IMG/VR virus record: IMGVR_UViG_3300033417_000005
Coordinates: 8,617 to 72,616 of that record
Strand: one strand, 5' to 3'
DNA length: 64,000 bases
Source of the DNA: a virus
Taxonomy: Duplodnaviria > Caudoviricetes
Shown in pieces: positions 27,355 to 37,035 of this stretch. Every line of letters begins with the position of its first letter. Position 1 is the first letter of the stretch. Both the position numbers and the translations under genes were made by a program. The notes beneath the pieces are model-generated. The model was not told the DNA's origin. It made no database searches and saw nothing but the letters and a program-made list of their open reading frames with translations.

Positions 27355-29348
27355 TGCGGTCGCTAGACACCGAGACTACGGGCGTAGACCTGTGGCATGG
27401 GGCCAAGCCGTTCTTCGTGACCTTTTGTGATGAGAAGGATCACATTACGTATTTTGAGTGGGAAGTTGATCCACATACCCGAGAGCCGCGGGTGAAGCGT
27501 AAGGACTTGACGGCAATCCAAGAGCTGATCGACGACTCGGAAACGCTCGTACTCCAAAACCCCAAGTTCGACTATCAGGCTCTGCAAACGGTGTTTGAAG
27601 GTCGGCTGCGATGGGAATGGAGCAAAGTACGCGATACGCTGCTGGCCGGTCATCTTATCAACAGTCTGGAACCCCACAACCTGACCGACATGGTTTCCAA
27701 ATACCTGGGCCTAGATATTCAACCCTACGAAAAGGATCTCCAAGCTGCTTCTGAAGAAGCGAGAAGATATGCACGCAGTCATTACCCCGAATGGAGAATC
27801 GCGAAAGCTGGCCTCGCCGAAATGCCAAGCGCCGGAGGCAAGGTGTGGAAGTTCGACACCTGGCTGCCTAAGACGCTGGCGAAATCTGAGGGGATGCTTA
27901 CAACCCATCCATATCACACGGCGCTCCGAAAATACGGAAATATCGACAGCACCTGCACTCTAGCCTTGTATAAAAGACAGCGCGCATTGTTACGAGAGAA
28001 AGGACTTTGGAAAATCTACAAGCATAGACTCAAGGTGCTTCCTATCGTAGTTCACATGGAACAGTGCGGAGTGCATCTGAGCAAGCATAGACTGCAAAAG
28101 CTGTACGAGGAATATACGCGGGAAAGTGAGAGAGCCGGAAAAACGTGCGTACGGATTGCTAAGAAGTATGGAGCTGATCTGACATTGCCTAAGAGCGGGG
28201 TGAACAACAGCCTGCGAGCCACAATCTTTGATCACCTGAAACTGAGCCCCCTGAATCTTAGCAGACGTACGGGGGAGCCGAGCCTGAACCAAACGGTGCT
28301 GGAAGAATATGGGGAACTCCTAAAGGAGGACGATCCTCGGCTAAAGTTCATCCAAGCTCTTCAAGCCAAACGCAAGCGCGATACGGCGATGGTGTATATG
28401 GAGGCTTATAAGCGATTTTGGCTTAAGGAAAGTGGAAGTTACCTACTGCATCCTAGTCTGAACCCCACGGGTACTCACACGTTGCGGTGGTCGAGCAGCC
28501 GGCCGAACGAACAGAACATCAGCAAAAAGGAGGGCTTCAACCTCCGCTATTGCTTCGGTCCCGCCCAAGGAAGAGAGTGGTGGTCCCTCGATGCGCAGAA
28601 CATAGAGCTCAGGATTCCCGCGTACGAAGCAAATGAAACCGATCTGGTATACGTATTCGATCATCCGGAGGAGGCTCCTTACTTTGGCAGCTATCATCTG
28701 GTCGTGGCTGATCTGCTGCATCCAAAACTGTTCAAAGAGTACGGCGCAGCGTTCAAAAAGAAGTTCTCCAGTACGTGGTATCAATGGCTGAAAAATGGAA
28801 ACTTTGCGGTTATCTACGGGTGTCAGCAACGGAAGGCGGATATCACGTACCACGTAGTTGGAGCGTACGAAAAGATTCGGAGAAGGTTTCCAAAGATCGC
28901 CGCGCTGGCCGACTATCAAATTCGTTATGCAAGAGAGCGCGGCTACGTGGAAACCATTCCTGACCGAAGTTTAGGGCAGCAACGGGGCTACCCGTTATAC
29001 TGCGTTCGGGGTGGTCGCACGGGGTATACGAACGATGTAAGCCCTACGTTGCCGCTTAATTACCACGTCCAAGGAACGGCCATGCAATGGATGCAGAATG
29101 GTATGATCCGATGCTACGACATCCTAAACAGGTGGAACCGTGAAGATTCAGCGGTGCAATACTTCATGATAATGCAAGTGCATGACGAGCTTGTATTCGA
29201 CTTTCCGAAAAGCACCATGGCCGAAAGCCTGAAAAGAATACAACGGATCAAGAGAGCGATGGAAAAGGGAGGAGAGGACATTGGTGTGCCCACGACGGTG
29301 GGAGTGGAATATCATCCCCATAACTGGAGTGAAGGTGAAACATGCTAG
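27351..29348 (+). CDS. polA: Family A DNA polymerase with 3'-5' exonuclease domain
   Basis: LDTETTG (ExoI), DAQNIELR (motif A), KNGNFAVIYG (motif B), QVHDELVF (motif C). Confidence 0.93.
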   Translation: MMRSLDTETTGVDLWHGAKPFFVTFCDEKDHITYFEWEVDPHTREPRVKRKDLTAIQELIDDSETLVLQNPKFDYQALQTVFEGRLRWEWSKVRDTLLAGHLINSLEPHNLTDMVSKYLGLDIQPYEKDLQAASEEARRYARSHYPEWRIAKAGLAEMPSAGGKVWKFDTWLPKTLAKSEGMLTTHPYHTALRKYGNIDSTCTLALYKRQRALLREKGLWKIYKHRLKVLPIVVHMEQCGVHLSKHRLQKLYEEYTRESERAGKTCVRIAKKYGADLTLPKSGVNNSLRATIFDHLKLSPLNLSRRTGEPSLNQTVLEEYGELLKEDDPRLKFIQALQAKRKRDTAMVYMEAYKRFWLKESGSYLLHPSLNPTGTHTLRWSSSRPNEQNISKKEGFNLRYCFGPAQGREWWSLDAQNIELRIPAYEANETDLVYVFDHPEEAPYFGSYHLVVADLLHPKLFKEYGAAFKKKFSSTWYQWLKNGNFAVIYGCQQRKADITYHVVGAYEKIRRRFPKIAALADYQIRYARERGYVETIPDRSLGQQRGYPLYCVRGGRTGYTNDVSPTLPLNYHVQGTAMQWMQNGMIRCYDILNRWNREDSAVQYFMIMQVHDELVFDFPKSTMAESLKRIQRIKRAMEKGGEDIGVPTTVGVEYHPHNWSEGETC

Positions 29349-30226
29349 CGAAGCGCTGTAACGTCCAGGATCTAAAAAGTATGTACGGGCTGAAGAATTT
29401 GGATGTCTTCTTCTATTGGATTGGTGAAAGAGAAAAGATACGCCGGGCCAAGGAAGCGGGAGAGCCTAAGCCTTGGACCGAGGATCCGATACTGCAAAAG
29501 TACAGATTCTGCAACGTCCGGAGAATGGACGACCGAGTAAGCAGGTGGCTCTTCGACCGCTGGTACGAGCCGGAATTTGATTGCTCGAATATGCTTACGG
29601 CGTGTACGATCGCTCGGCTGCTCAATCTGCCGGAGTCGTTGGAGGCTATTGGTTTTCCAAGACAGTGGAAACCGCACCGAGTAGAAAAGATACTGGAAGA
29701 GAGGAAAAAGCAGGGCTGCAAAACCTTCAACTCCGCCTACATAATCACCGGCTGCTTCGGGGGAAGTAAGATCCATCAAGTAGTCTGGTGGATTACGCAG
29801 CCTATTCACAAAGATCGCCACAAAATTGTGGATCGTACGAGCATGCGAGCTACTTGGCAAAATCTGCTGGCGTACCCCGGCATCAAGTCATTTCTAGCCG
29901 GGCAGATTGTGGCTGACCTGAGATGGGCGATCAACCACGAGTGGAAGGACCAATACACGTGGGCTCCTCTAGGACCGGGAAGCCGTAGAGGAATGAACAG
30001 GCTGCTCGAAAGACCGAAAAGTCGGGGGATGGGACAAGAAGAGTTTGATGGATACTTTGGGTCGCTGATCGAGGAAGGAAAAGACAGGGACGGGTGGGTG
30101 CTGGCTGAAACTATGGAACGGATGGAGGCGATCGACTGGCAAAACTGCTTGTGCGAATTCGACAAGTATATGAGAGCCCTGACGGGACAAGGCAAGCCGA
30201 AACAGAAATATGCGGGGGTAGAATGA
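29342..30226 (+). CDS. aGPT-Pplase clade 1-like amino acid:DNA transferase (thymidine hypermodification)
   Basis: FYWIGERE...PWTEDPILQKYRFCNVRRMDDRVS and QNCLCEFDKY. Confidence 0.85.
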   Translation: MLAKRCNVQDLKSMYGLKNLDVFFYWIGEREKIRRAKEAGEPKPWTEDPILQKYRFCNVRRMDDRVSRWLFDRWYEPEFDCSNMLTACTIARLLNLPESLEAIGFPRQWKPHRVEKILEERKKQGCKTFNSAYIITGCFGGSKIHQVVWWITQPIHKDRHKIVDRTSMRATWQNLLAYPGIKSFLAGQIVADLRWAINHEWKDQYTWAPLGPGSRRGMNRLLERPKSRGMGQEEFDGYFGSLIEEGKDRDGWVLAETMERMEAIDWQNCLCEFDKYMRALTGQGKPKQKYAGVE

Positions 30227-31224
30227 ATATCAACCTGTTCTATTTAAGCGACGCACGCTACGGGGGTCACGTCACCTTTACCGTGCATCTAATGCTCGGA
30301 CTGCGGGCTGTCGGTGCCTCGGCGTCGCTCTACAAGGTAGGTAAGAACACGGAAGACAAATGGCGTGACTTCGGTTACGGTAGATTGTATCAAAACATTT
30401 CGCTAGTGGATGCTTGCAGGCTGTGCAAAAGCAAGCGCAGCGTCACTTTGGTTGTGGCAACCAACAAGCCGTGCGCGCAGGCGATCAACGCCATGATAGA
30501 TGCGGGGGCTAGAGCGGTGATCCATGATCCTGGTGAGTTTAAGCGAGGATGGAATTGGCAGAAGGTGCAGCGGCCTATTGTAATCCGTGAGAGTATGCTC
30601 TCCTGGTTTGAGGACGCCGTGTTCCTGCTCCACCCTTACGATCCGTTGTTCGGTAAGATATTCGTAGCTCCAACGGAGGAATGGGCGGCGGTAAGCACGA
30701 GTAGAATAGATTTTGACAAGCACACGGAAATCTTGCTTGACGCGAATAGACTGCTTGATAAGAAAGACAGGATACAAATTTATGGGTTTGAAAATAGAAT
30801 CTATACACGGTTTAACGTCGTACCTAAGTACCCGGAATGGCGGCAGTCCGTATGCAAGTATCCGAGAAAACTGCGTTACGCCGTGAGGCAGCTCTGTCAC
30901 AAGGCTGCGTTCAGTTGCGACATGTCCATTATCAAAGGCGACGGTGGAGGCACGCAATATACGTTTTTGGAGGCGATAGACGCCGGGTGCGCCCTCGTTC
31001 TGAATCGCGGGTGGATTATCGACAATCACGTAATGAACCCCGACAGCAACTGTTTTGCGGTGTCCGATGGGGAACAGCTTGCCGGGCTCATCAAAGAGTA
31101 CACACGAGGCTCGAAGATAATGCGCCGTAGGGTTGAAAGAAGAAGGATCAAGGCCCGCCGATTGCTGGACAAGCACCTTGCCCGGAAAGTAGCCGTTTCT
31201 TGGAAGGAGGAGTTACATGACTGA
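30223..31224 (+). CDS. GT-B-fold glycosyltransferase-like protein of DNA-modification loci
   Basis: YGGHVTF at the N-terminus; DMSIIKGDGGGTQYTFLEAIDAG. Confidence 0.65.
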   Translation: MNINLFYLSDARYGGHVTFTVHLMLGLRAVGASASLYKVGKNTEDKWRDFGYGRLYQNISLVDACRLCKSKRSVTLVVATNKPCAQAINAMIDAGARAVIHDPGEFKRGWNWQKVQRPIVIRESMLSWFEDAVFLLHPYDPLFGKIFVAPTEEWAAVSTSRIDFDKHTEILLDANRLLDKKDRIQIYGFENRIYTRFNVVPKYPEWRQSVCKYPRKLRYAVRQLCHKAAFSCDMSIIKGDGGGTQYTFLEAIDAGCALVLNRGWIIDNHVMNPDSNCFAVSDGEQLAGLIKEYTRGSKIMRRRVERRRIKARRLLDKHLARKVAVSWKEELHD

Positions 31225-32008
31225 CGTCTACATCGCCCCGTTTTTTCGTAGATCGGGTGGACACGCCGTGCTTCATTGGCTCGGGGCGGGCTACAGCAAC
31301 TACACGCTGGTAAGCGAGATTCCAGTAACTTATCGTCCATTGAAGAGATTCAGCAATGTAGAATGGAATGTCGACGCAGTGTTCTTTGCCGTGGAGGATA
31401 AGTTTATCGCTCCTAGAAGCAAGGAGTTGACTAGTCTTTTGGACACTTACCCGATAAAGAACCCAACAAGAGTGTTTCACGTGTCCATCGTTCGGGATGC
31501 GTACAACGCCTGCGCAAGCAGAATGCGCATTAGCGACAATTGGCTATGGCGGAGAAGAAGCCGGGGGTTGCCCGACGCTCCCGACAGCTACTATCCCGTC
31601 CATGGCTACAACTCGCGGCTTCCCGCTCTGTGGCGGTCTATAGTGGAGCAGAGCATGGAGGAACTGTCTAGTCATGCCTTGATGGTAAACTTCAACAAAT
31701 GGGCTAGAAGCGACGAGTATCGTTACAATTTATGCAAATGCTTTGGGCTGAAACATCTAAAATGTGAGAAAGGAAAGGAGCGGGTTACGAGGGAAGGAGG
31801 AGGAAGCAGCTTTACGGGTACGACTAAAATGCCCGAGCATTGGGAGCTCAAAAATAGATGGCTGGGATACGCCAAGGACCCGAGGCTTTTAGAGGTCGTG
31901 CTGAATAAAGAAATCAGAGAGATAAATAAGCAAGTTTTCGGCTGGTCCCTTCGACGAAACCGCGATGGAGACATTGAGAGTGAGGAGTGGCCCTGGGCAG
32001 CCTCTTAG
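31217..32008 (+). CDS. Sulfotransferase/P-loop kinase-like protein
   Basis: RRSGGHAVLHW (PSB-like loop) and IVRDAYNACAS (R-x7-S). Confidence 0.55.
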   Translation: MTDVYIAPFFRRSGGHAVLHWLGAGYSNYTLVSEIPVTYRPLKRFSNVEWNVDAVFFAVEDKFIAPRSKELTSLLDTYPIKNPTRVFHVSIVRDAYNACASRMRISDNWLWRRRSRGLPDAPDSYYPVHGYNSRLPALWRSIVEQSMEELSSHALMVNFNKWARSDEYRYNLCKCFGLKHLKCEKGKERVTREGGGSSFTGTTKMPEHWELKNRWLGYAKDPRLLEVVLNKEIREINKQVFGWSLRRNRDGDIESEEWPWAAS

Positions 32009-32032
32009 GACACAAATGAAAGGGTCTAAAAG

Positions 32033-32236
32033 ATGATTCCAAGCCTTGATGAATTGATATTACGCCTACGCCGGGACGTGCCGCACCGGGACTCTATGTA
32101 TGAACTTGCCCGACAAGTAGCGGGCTGTGAAAGGGGAACGGATGGGCTGCCCGTAAACACCGTGCGCTTTGCGTTCCAGTGTTTGGTTGTGCTGCTTAAA
32201 CACGTTGAAAACGACCCTAAGAATCCGGAAAACTGA
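32033..32236 (+). CDS. Hypothetical protein
   Basis: In operon, 67 aa. Confidence 0.45.
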   Translation: MIPSLDELILRLRRDVPHRDSMYELARQVAGCERGTDGLPVNTVRFAFQCLVVLLKHVENDPKNPEN

Positions 32237-32237
32237 C

Positions 32238-32996
32238 ATGAAATCTAAGATTCTAATCGTGACCCGAGGCAGGCCGTGGCATAAGCAATCTACAGCTCAG
32301 GCGCTCATGGAGGCTGACATCCCTTTCACCTTTATCCGCACTTTGGGAGACGAAGTATCCTTGTTCTGCGCAAGGCGTAAGACGTCCGCCATCTGGGTCG
32401 ACGCTTCGAACATCGCGGTGAAACGACAGAAGGTGCTGCAACTCTACAAACGGTTCATCATGCTCGACGACGACCTGTCGTTCCAAAGGGTAGTTGAAGG
32501 CAAGGCGGTAAAGGCGGCCCCCGATGAGCTGGAGGCTTTATTCGCTCTCATGGATCAGTGCTTAAATACTCATGCTCTAGTCGGCCTGGAAAACCGTTTC
32601 ATGATCCAGAACAAGGAGCAGCCGTTCAACAGCAAGTGGGGGAAGATGATCCACGCAGTAGGCGTAAATAAGAAGTTCTTAAAAGGCAACGAGCGGTACA
32701 GCCGCGTACCCGGCCATGAAGACATTGACTTCTTTTTGCAAGTGGCGATGAATAAGTGCCCCGTGATCATGATCTCCAAATATACCCATAGCGACGCCGG
32801 GAACTTTTATCGGCCGGGAGGATGCAGTACGTGGAGAAACAAAGAGAATGACCACGAGCAAGCCCGCAAGCTCCAATCTCTGTGGCCGAGTATTATTACT
32901 CTCTATCCGGGAAAAGACGGAATTACTAGAGTCAAAGGAAACTGGAAAAAGGTGAGGGAACATAATGCCTCCGCTGCACAAAAAACCAAAATCTGA
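32238..32996 (+). CDS. TET/JBP-associated-type (GREB1/JGT-like) GT-A DNA glycosyltransferase
   Basis: IVTRGR, MLDDDL, EDIDFFLQ, GGCSTWR...LQSLWP. Confidence 0.75.
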   Translation: MKSKILIVTRGRPWHKQSTAQALMEADIPFTFIRTLGDEVSLFCARRKTSAIWVDASNIAVKRQKVLQLYKRFIMLDDDLSFQRVVEGKAVKAAPDELEALFALMDQCLNTHALVGLENRFMIQNKEQPFNSKWGKMIHAVGVNKKFLKGNERYSRVPGHEDIDFFLQVAMNKCPVIMISKYTHSDAGNFYRPGGCSTWRNKENDHEQARKLQSLWPSIITLYPGKDGITRVKGNWKKVREHNASAAQKTKI

Positions 32997-33942
32997 CTAC
33001 GTTCAGCATCCTCCGTTTTGTATTCAAATTGAGCTGACTGAAGGATGCAATTTACGGTGTACTTTCTGCGGCCTCAACGGAATCCGTGGCAAGGAAAACA
33101 ACTTCAAGTTCCTTTCGGTCAGTCTGGCTTCAAGAATTGCCAAGCTGATCCGTAAAGATCGGTGGACCTCCCGGATCGAGTTTGCCATGCACGGAGAGCC
33201 AAGTGTAAATCCAGACTTGGTGGAGATTCTTAGGGTCTTTCGCCGTAGACTTCCCAACCATCATCTGATGATGACCAGCAACGGGGCGGGGTTTCTAAGA
33301 GAGACCACGAAGACGGTCGATGAATGCCTACGCTATTTGAACGTGCTTGCCTTGGACGATTACGAGGGAGTGAGTATTGTGACCAAGGTGATGCGCAGCT
33401 ACAACGGCAAGCATAAGCCAGTGTACTATCCTTCCAGCAAGCATGGCAACCCGCATCGTAGGAGGAAACTGAGCGAGCATGACCTCGTGGTAGTGCAAGA
33501 CATAGAACAGGCTACGCAAGGCACTCATAGCAGCTTGAACAATCATTGTGGCTGTGGCTCACCGAAGAACGACAGTGCCATGGGCAAGCGGTGCGCTAAA
33601 CCGTTCCGGGAGATGTCGATACGGTGGGACGGCTTCGTGGCTCTGTGCTGCAACGACTGGAGGGGGTACTACAAGTGCGGTCACGTAGAAGACAAGACCT
33701 TGGAACAGATATGGCAAAGCGCGGAGTTCATGGCCGCCCGGAGAAGACTGATACTTGGGAAGAGGGACTTCGGGCCTTGCGAAGGCTGCGACGCCCTGAG
33801 CTACCGACCGGGGCTGCTGCCGGATCAGAGGGGAAAGGTGCATCTGCCTGAGCCTAGCAGGGCCGACGAAGAGACCATTGCCAAGGCGCTGTTTGGAGCT
33901 TCCTACACGCTGCCCGTACTACGAGAGTGGGAGAGCGCATAA
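32965..33942 (+). CDS. Radical SAM/SPASM protein
   Basis: CNLRCTFC; CAKPF...IRWDG...LCCNDW...IWQS...CEGC. Confidence 0.88.
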   Translation: MPPLHKKPKSDYVQHPPFCIQIELTEGCNLRCTFCGLNGIRGKENNFKFLSVSLASRIAKLIRKDRWTSRIEFAMHGEPSVNPDLVEILRVFRRRLPNHHLMMTSNGAGFLRETTKTVDECLRYLNVLALDDYEGVSIVTKVMRSYNGKHKPVYYPSSKHGNPHRRRKLSEHDLVVVQDIEQATQGTHSSLNNHCGCGSPKNDSAMGKRCAKPFREMSIRWDGFVALCCNDWRGYYKCGHVEDKTLEQIWQSAEFMAARRRLILGKRDFGPCEGCDALSYRPGLLPDQRGKVHLPEPSRADEETIAKALFGASYTLPVLREWESA

Positions 33943-33968
33943 AAATAGCCCGGCAACTCCACCGGGCT
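33942..33968 (-). terminator. Intrinsic terminator between convergent genes
   Basis: AGCCCGG-N8-CCGGGCT, followed by a T-run on the minus strand. Confidence 0.7.
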
Positions 33969-33991
33969 GTAAAACCTTGTGACGTTCCTTA

Positions 33992-34402
33992 CTACTTGGT
34001 CTTAACGCTCCTTCCTTCCTTAGTCAGAAACAACACCATGCCTCCCTCTTCCATGCTTTCCCGAGCTATCAAGCCTCGGGCTCGTAGGGAAAGACAGGGT
34101 GCTTTTGAGGCGTTGGCCCATACGTCCTCACGGGGGACGCCTCGCGCCGCGCTGAAGGCTTTCTGTTCCTTGAGGTAGGCGAGCACTTCCAGCTCACCAC
34201 TTGTCAGCTCAGCATCTTCGAGCTCGTCGGCTAAAGCGGCCACCCGATCTACACGGGGGAGAGGCTCTTTCACCGGCTGGGGCTTCTTCTTCTTTCCCTT
34301 TTTCTCCGGTACACTTTCACTTACGGGGGCGTTACTGCTCGAAGACTCGCGCTTTCTCCGTACGCGCTTTTTGTCCGTACCTGTTTCAGATCCAGTCGCC
34401 AT
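33992..34402 (-). CDS. Basic winged-helix-like DNA-binding protein, paralog of 48190-48636
   Basis: GAGGAG SD. EVLAYLKEQKAFSAARGVPREDVW...CLSLRARGL. Confidence 0.65.
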   Translation of the reverse strand: MATGSETGTDKKRVRRKRESSSSNAPVSESVPEKKGKKKKPQPVKEPLPRVDRVAALADELEDAELTSGELEVLAYLKEQKAFSAARGVPREDVWANASKAPCLSLRARGLIARESMEEGGMVLFLTKEGRSVKTK

Positions 34403-34464
34403 GATGTGGCTCCTCAAAAAAGAATAGTGGGGTGTTTAGGCTTTAGCAAGCCTTACTAATGGCC

Positions 34465-34493
34465 AGCCTACCAAGGAAGTTGTCACTTTGCAA
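34465..34493 (-). promoter_or_regulatory. Sigma70-type early promoter
   Basis: TTGCAA-N17-TAGGCT, same family as 43116 and 45005. Confidence 0.65.
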
Positions 34494-34541
34494 GGGGTAA
34501 AATGCCAAAAAAGAAAAACTTTTTAGCGAAGGAGATTTCCC

Positions 34542-35090
34542 GTGATTTCAAGGATCTTTGTGGACCTGGACGACGTACTGGTGGACTTTCGGGGAGGCGC
34601 AATTCGGCTGCATGGGTGGGATCCGGCGGATTGCCGACCCGAAATGTGGGATATGTGTGAGTCGAGAGGAGTAACACAAGAAGATTTTTGGAAACCTATT
34701 GATGAAGCCGGAGAAGACTTTTGGTACTTGCTGCAACCCCATCCTTGGATACACGAAGTCATAGAACTGGTGGAAAGGCACGTGGGTGAGGAGTGGTACA
34801 TAGTCACCTCGCCGAGCAGGCACGTTAGCTCTTACGTTGGCAAGCTAAAATGGGTCAAGGCGTGGTTTGGCGCACAGTTTGACAGGATGATTCCAATGAC
34901 GCATAAACACCTGCTGGCGGATTATGACAGAGTGCTAATCGACGACAGCCCGGATAACATTCTGGAATTTAATAATGCCGGAGGAATTGGAATTTTGTTT
35001 CCAAACGTCGGCAACAGTCTGCATGAACAGGCGCACAGTCCGATGGACCACGTTGAGGAAATCTTAACGCGGATAATGCAACAGGAGTAA
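34542..35090 (+). CDS. HAD-family 5'(3')-deoxyribonucleotidase (NT5C-like)
   Basis: FVDLDDVLVDF, IVTSP, VLIDDSPDN. Confidence 0.85.
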   Translation: MISRIFVDLDDVLVDFRGGAIRLHGWDPADCRPEMWDMCESRGVTQEDFWKPIDEAGEDFWYLLQPHPWIHEVIELVERHVGEEWYIVTSPSRHVSSYVGKLKWVKAWFGAQFDRMIPMTHKHLLADYDRVLIDDSPDNILEFNNAGGIGILFPNVGNSLHEQAHSPMDHVEEILTRIMQQE

Positions 35091-35096
35091 ATTAAA

Positions 35097-36284
35097 ATGG
35101 AACTCGTTTTTAAAGACGTAAACGATGCGTTTGCCGTGCTGGTTGAAATGGTGTTGAAAAACCAGATAGGAACCACGAAAACCACGAGCCGAGCGGGCGA
35201 CGTTATTGCCATCAACGAGCCGATGCTGATCACGTATGAAAATCCTTGCCATCGGGTGCTGTTCAACCCCTTGCGCGACTGTAACTGTTTCTTCCAGTTG
35301 TACGAAGCCCTTTGGATGCTGGCCGGTCGTAACGACGTATCACCTCTGGCGTACTACAACCGGAGAATGACTGAGTTTAGTGACGACGGCAAAACCCTCA
35401 ACGGTGCGTATGGATATCGATGGAGAACTAAGCCGAGAATGCCTTGGACCGACCTGTACGGTGCTAGTCCTGCAAAATTCGCGGAAGTTCATTGCGGTCC
35501 GGTTCGGCGAGTTGACCAGCTAGATATCTTAGTCGACCACCTGAAGAAAACTCCCAACAGCCGACGTGCGGTTCTCCAAATGTGGGACGTGGAGGACGAC
35601 CTTTTGAAAATAGATGAATCGAAGGACGTGAGTTGTAATCTCTCAGTCATGTTCAGCCTGAGGCAAGGAAGGTGTGAAGTCTGTGACGATTACCGAGGCC
35701 CGGATCAGGACTGTCCCGCATGCAACAGCGAGTCCCCCACGTTCTTGGACATGACGGTTACGAACCGCAGCAACGACATGATTTGGGGAATGCTAGGTGC
35801 TAACGTGGTACACTTTAGTTTCCTTCTTGAATACATAGCGGCGCGGCTGGGGGCGAGCGTTGGCCGGTATCACCAGTTCACCAACAACCTTCACGTCTAT
35901 ACGAGTAACTGGCTGCCTCGTAAGTGGCTGAGCGTGTACGGTCAGTATCGCACGATGTACAGTCCGCCCAATACGCGGTACGAAGACCTTGCTTCGCTCG
36001 TGCCCCTCGTTGTAGACCCGGAACGGTTTGATCGTGAACTGCCTGAGTTTGTGGAAAGGCATAGTAAGGACGCGACCGGTGTTGCTTACAAACTCAACAG
36101 TGAACCGTTCTTGCAAAACGTGGCACAGCCTCTGTGTACCGCGTTCCATTACCACAAGCGTCGTCAGTATGCGGATGCCATGAGTGTAGTTCAGGAAATC
36201 CTAGCGGACGATTGGCGGATCGTTGCTACGGATTGGATCCGGAAACGGCGCTCGAAGTATGAGAGCAAAGGTAATAATGCCTAG
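35097..36284 (+). CDS. Thymidylate synthase homolog, probable dUMP hydroxymethylase
   Basis: SRRAVLQMW, catalytic SCN, RSNDMIWG...N (Asn implies dUMP specificity), NNLHVY. Context of aGPT-Pplase and GT genes. Confidence 0.8.
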   Translation: MELVFKDVNDAFAVLVEMVLKNQIGTTKTTSRAGDVIAINEPMLITYENPCHRVLFNPLRDCNCFFQLYEALWMLAGRNDVSPLAYYNRRMTEFSDDGKTLNGAYGYRWRTKPRMPWTDLYGASPAKFAEVHCGPVRRVDQLDILVDHLKKTPNSRRAVLQMWDVEDDLLKIDESKDVSCNLSVMFSLRQGRCEVCDDYRGPDQDCPACNSESPTFLDMTVTNRSNDMIWGMLGANVVHFSFLLEYIAARLGASVGRYHQFTNNLHVYTSNWLPRKWLSVYGQYRTMYSPPNTRYEDLASLVPLVVDPERFDRELPEFVERHSKDATGVAYKLNSEPFLQNVAQPLCTAFHYHKRRQYADAMSVVQEILADDWRIVATDWIRKRRSKYESKGNNA

Positions 36285-37035
36285 ACTAGTCAAAACTTGT
36301 GAGCTATGTGGAGGGGAGTTTAAGGCTGTAAGAAGAACTAGAAGATTTTGTTCCCGAGAGTGCTCTAGCAGGCGTGCTAGACCTAAGAAGCCTAGACTAG
36401 GCAAAATTTGCGAGTTCTGTGGAGAAAAATACAAAACTCTAAACAGCGATCGAAGATTTTGTTCTCATGAGTGTGCTGGTAGGGTGAACGCTCGCGGTAA
36501 GACTAGAAGACCGCCGACTACACAAGAGATAGAAGAGAAGTTTTGGAGTAGAGCGGCCAAACGAAAGAAGGGGTGTTGGAAGTGGACAGGTGGGAAGAAC
36601 GGAGTAGGCTACGGAATATTTAGGGGCAGGTGCGCGCACCGATTTTCTTACGAACTGCTCGTAGGAGCCATCCCTGAGGGATTGTTTGTCTGCCATACCT
36701 GCGACAACCGGGAATGTGTTAATCCTAAACATCTGTTTGTCGGGACTCAGCAAGACAACATGTCCGATATGCGGGCGAAGGGACGTGGGCATTGTCATCC
36801 GAAGGGGACAGTGTGGGGGATGAGTAAGATGGTCCAAAAGAATCCAGAATTGGTACAAGGAGAGAGAAATGGAAGGCATAAGCTGACGGAAGACGACGTT
36901 AGAGAAATTAGAAAGAGATTTAGGCAGTACGCTTATAGAAGGAGTAATGCTAAGCAGTTGGCTAGGGAATTTGGTGTTTGTAAAAACGCGATTTATCAGA
37001 TTATAAGAAAGGCAGCATGGGGTCATGTCAAATAA
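36277..37035 (+). CDS. Free-standing HNH homing endonuclease
   Basis: Two CxxC...RRFCSxEC zinc repeats, AHRFSY...VCHTCDNRECVNPKHL...N, C-terminal HTH. Confidence 0.85.
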   Translation: MPRLVKTCELCGGEFKAVRRTRRFCSRECSSRRARPKKPRLGKICEFCGEKYKTLNSDRRFCSHECAGRVNARGKTRRPPTTQEIEEKFWSRAAKRKKGCWKWTGGKNGVGYGIFRGRCAHRFSYELLVGAIPEGLFVCHTCDNRECVNPKHLFVGTQQDNMSDMRAKGRGHCHPKGTVWGMSKMVQKNPELVQGERNGRHKLTEDDVREIRKRFRQYAYRRSNAKQLAREFGVCKNAIYQIIRKAAWGHVK

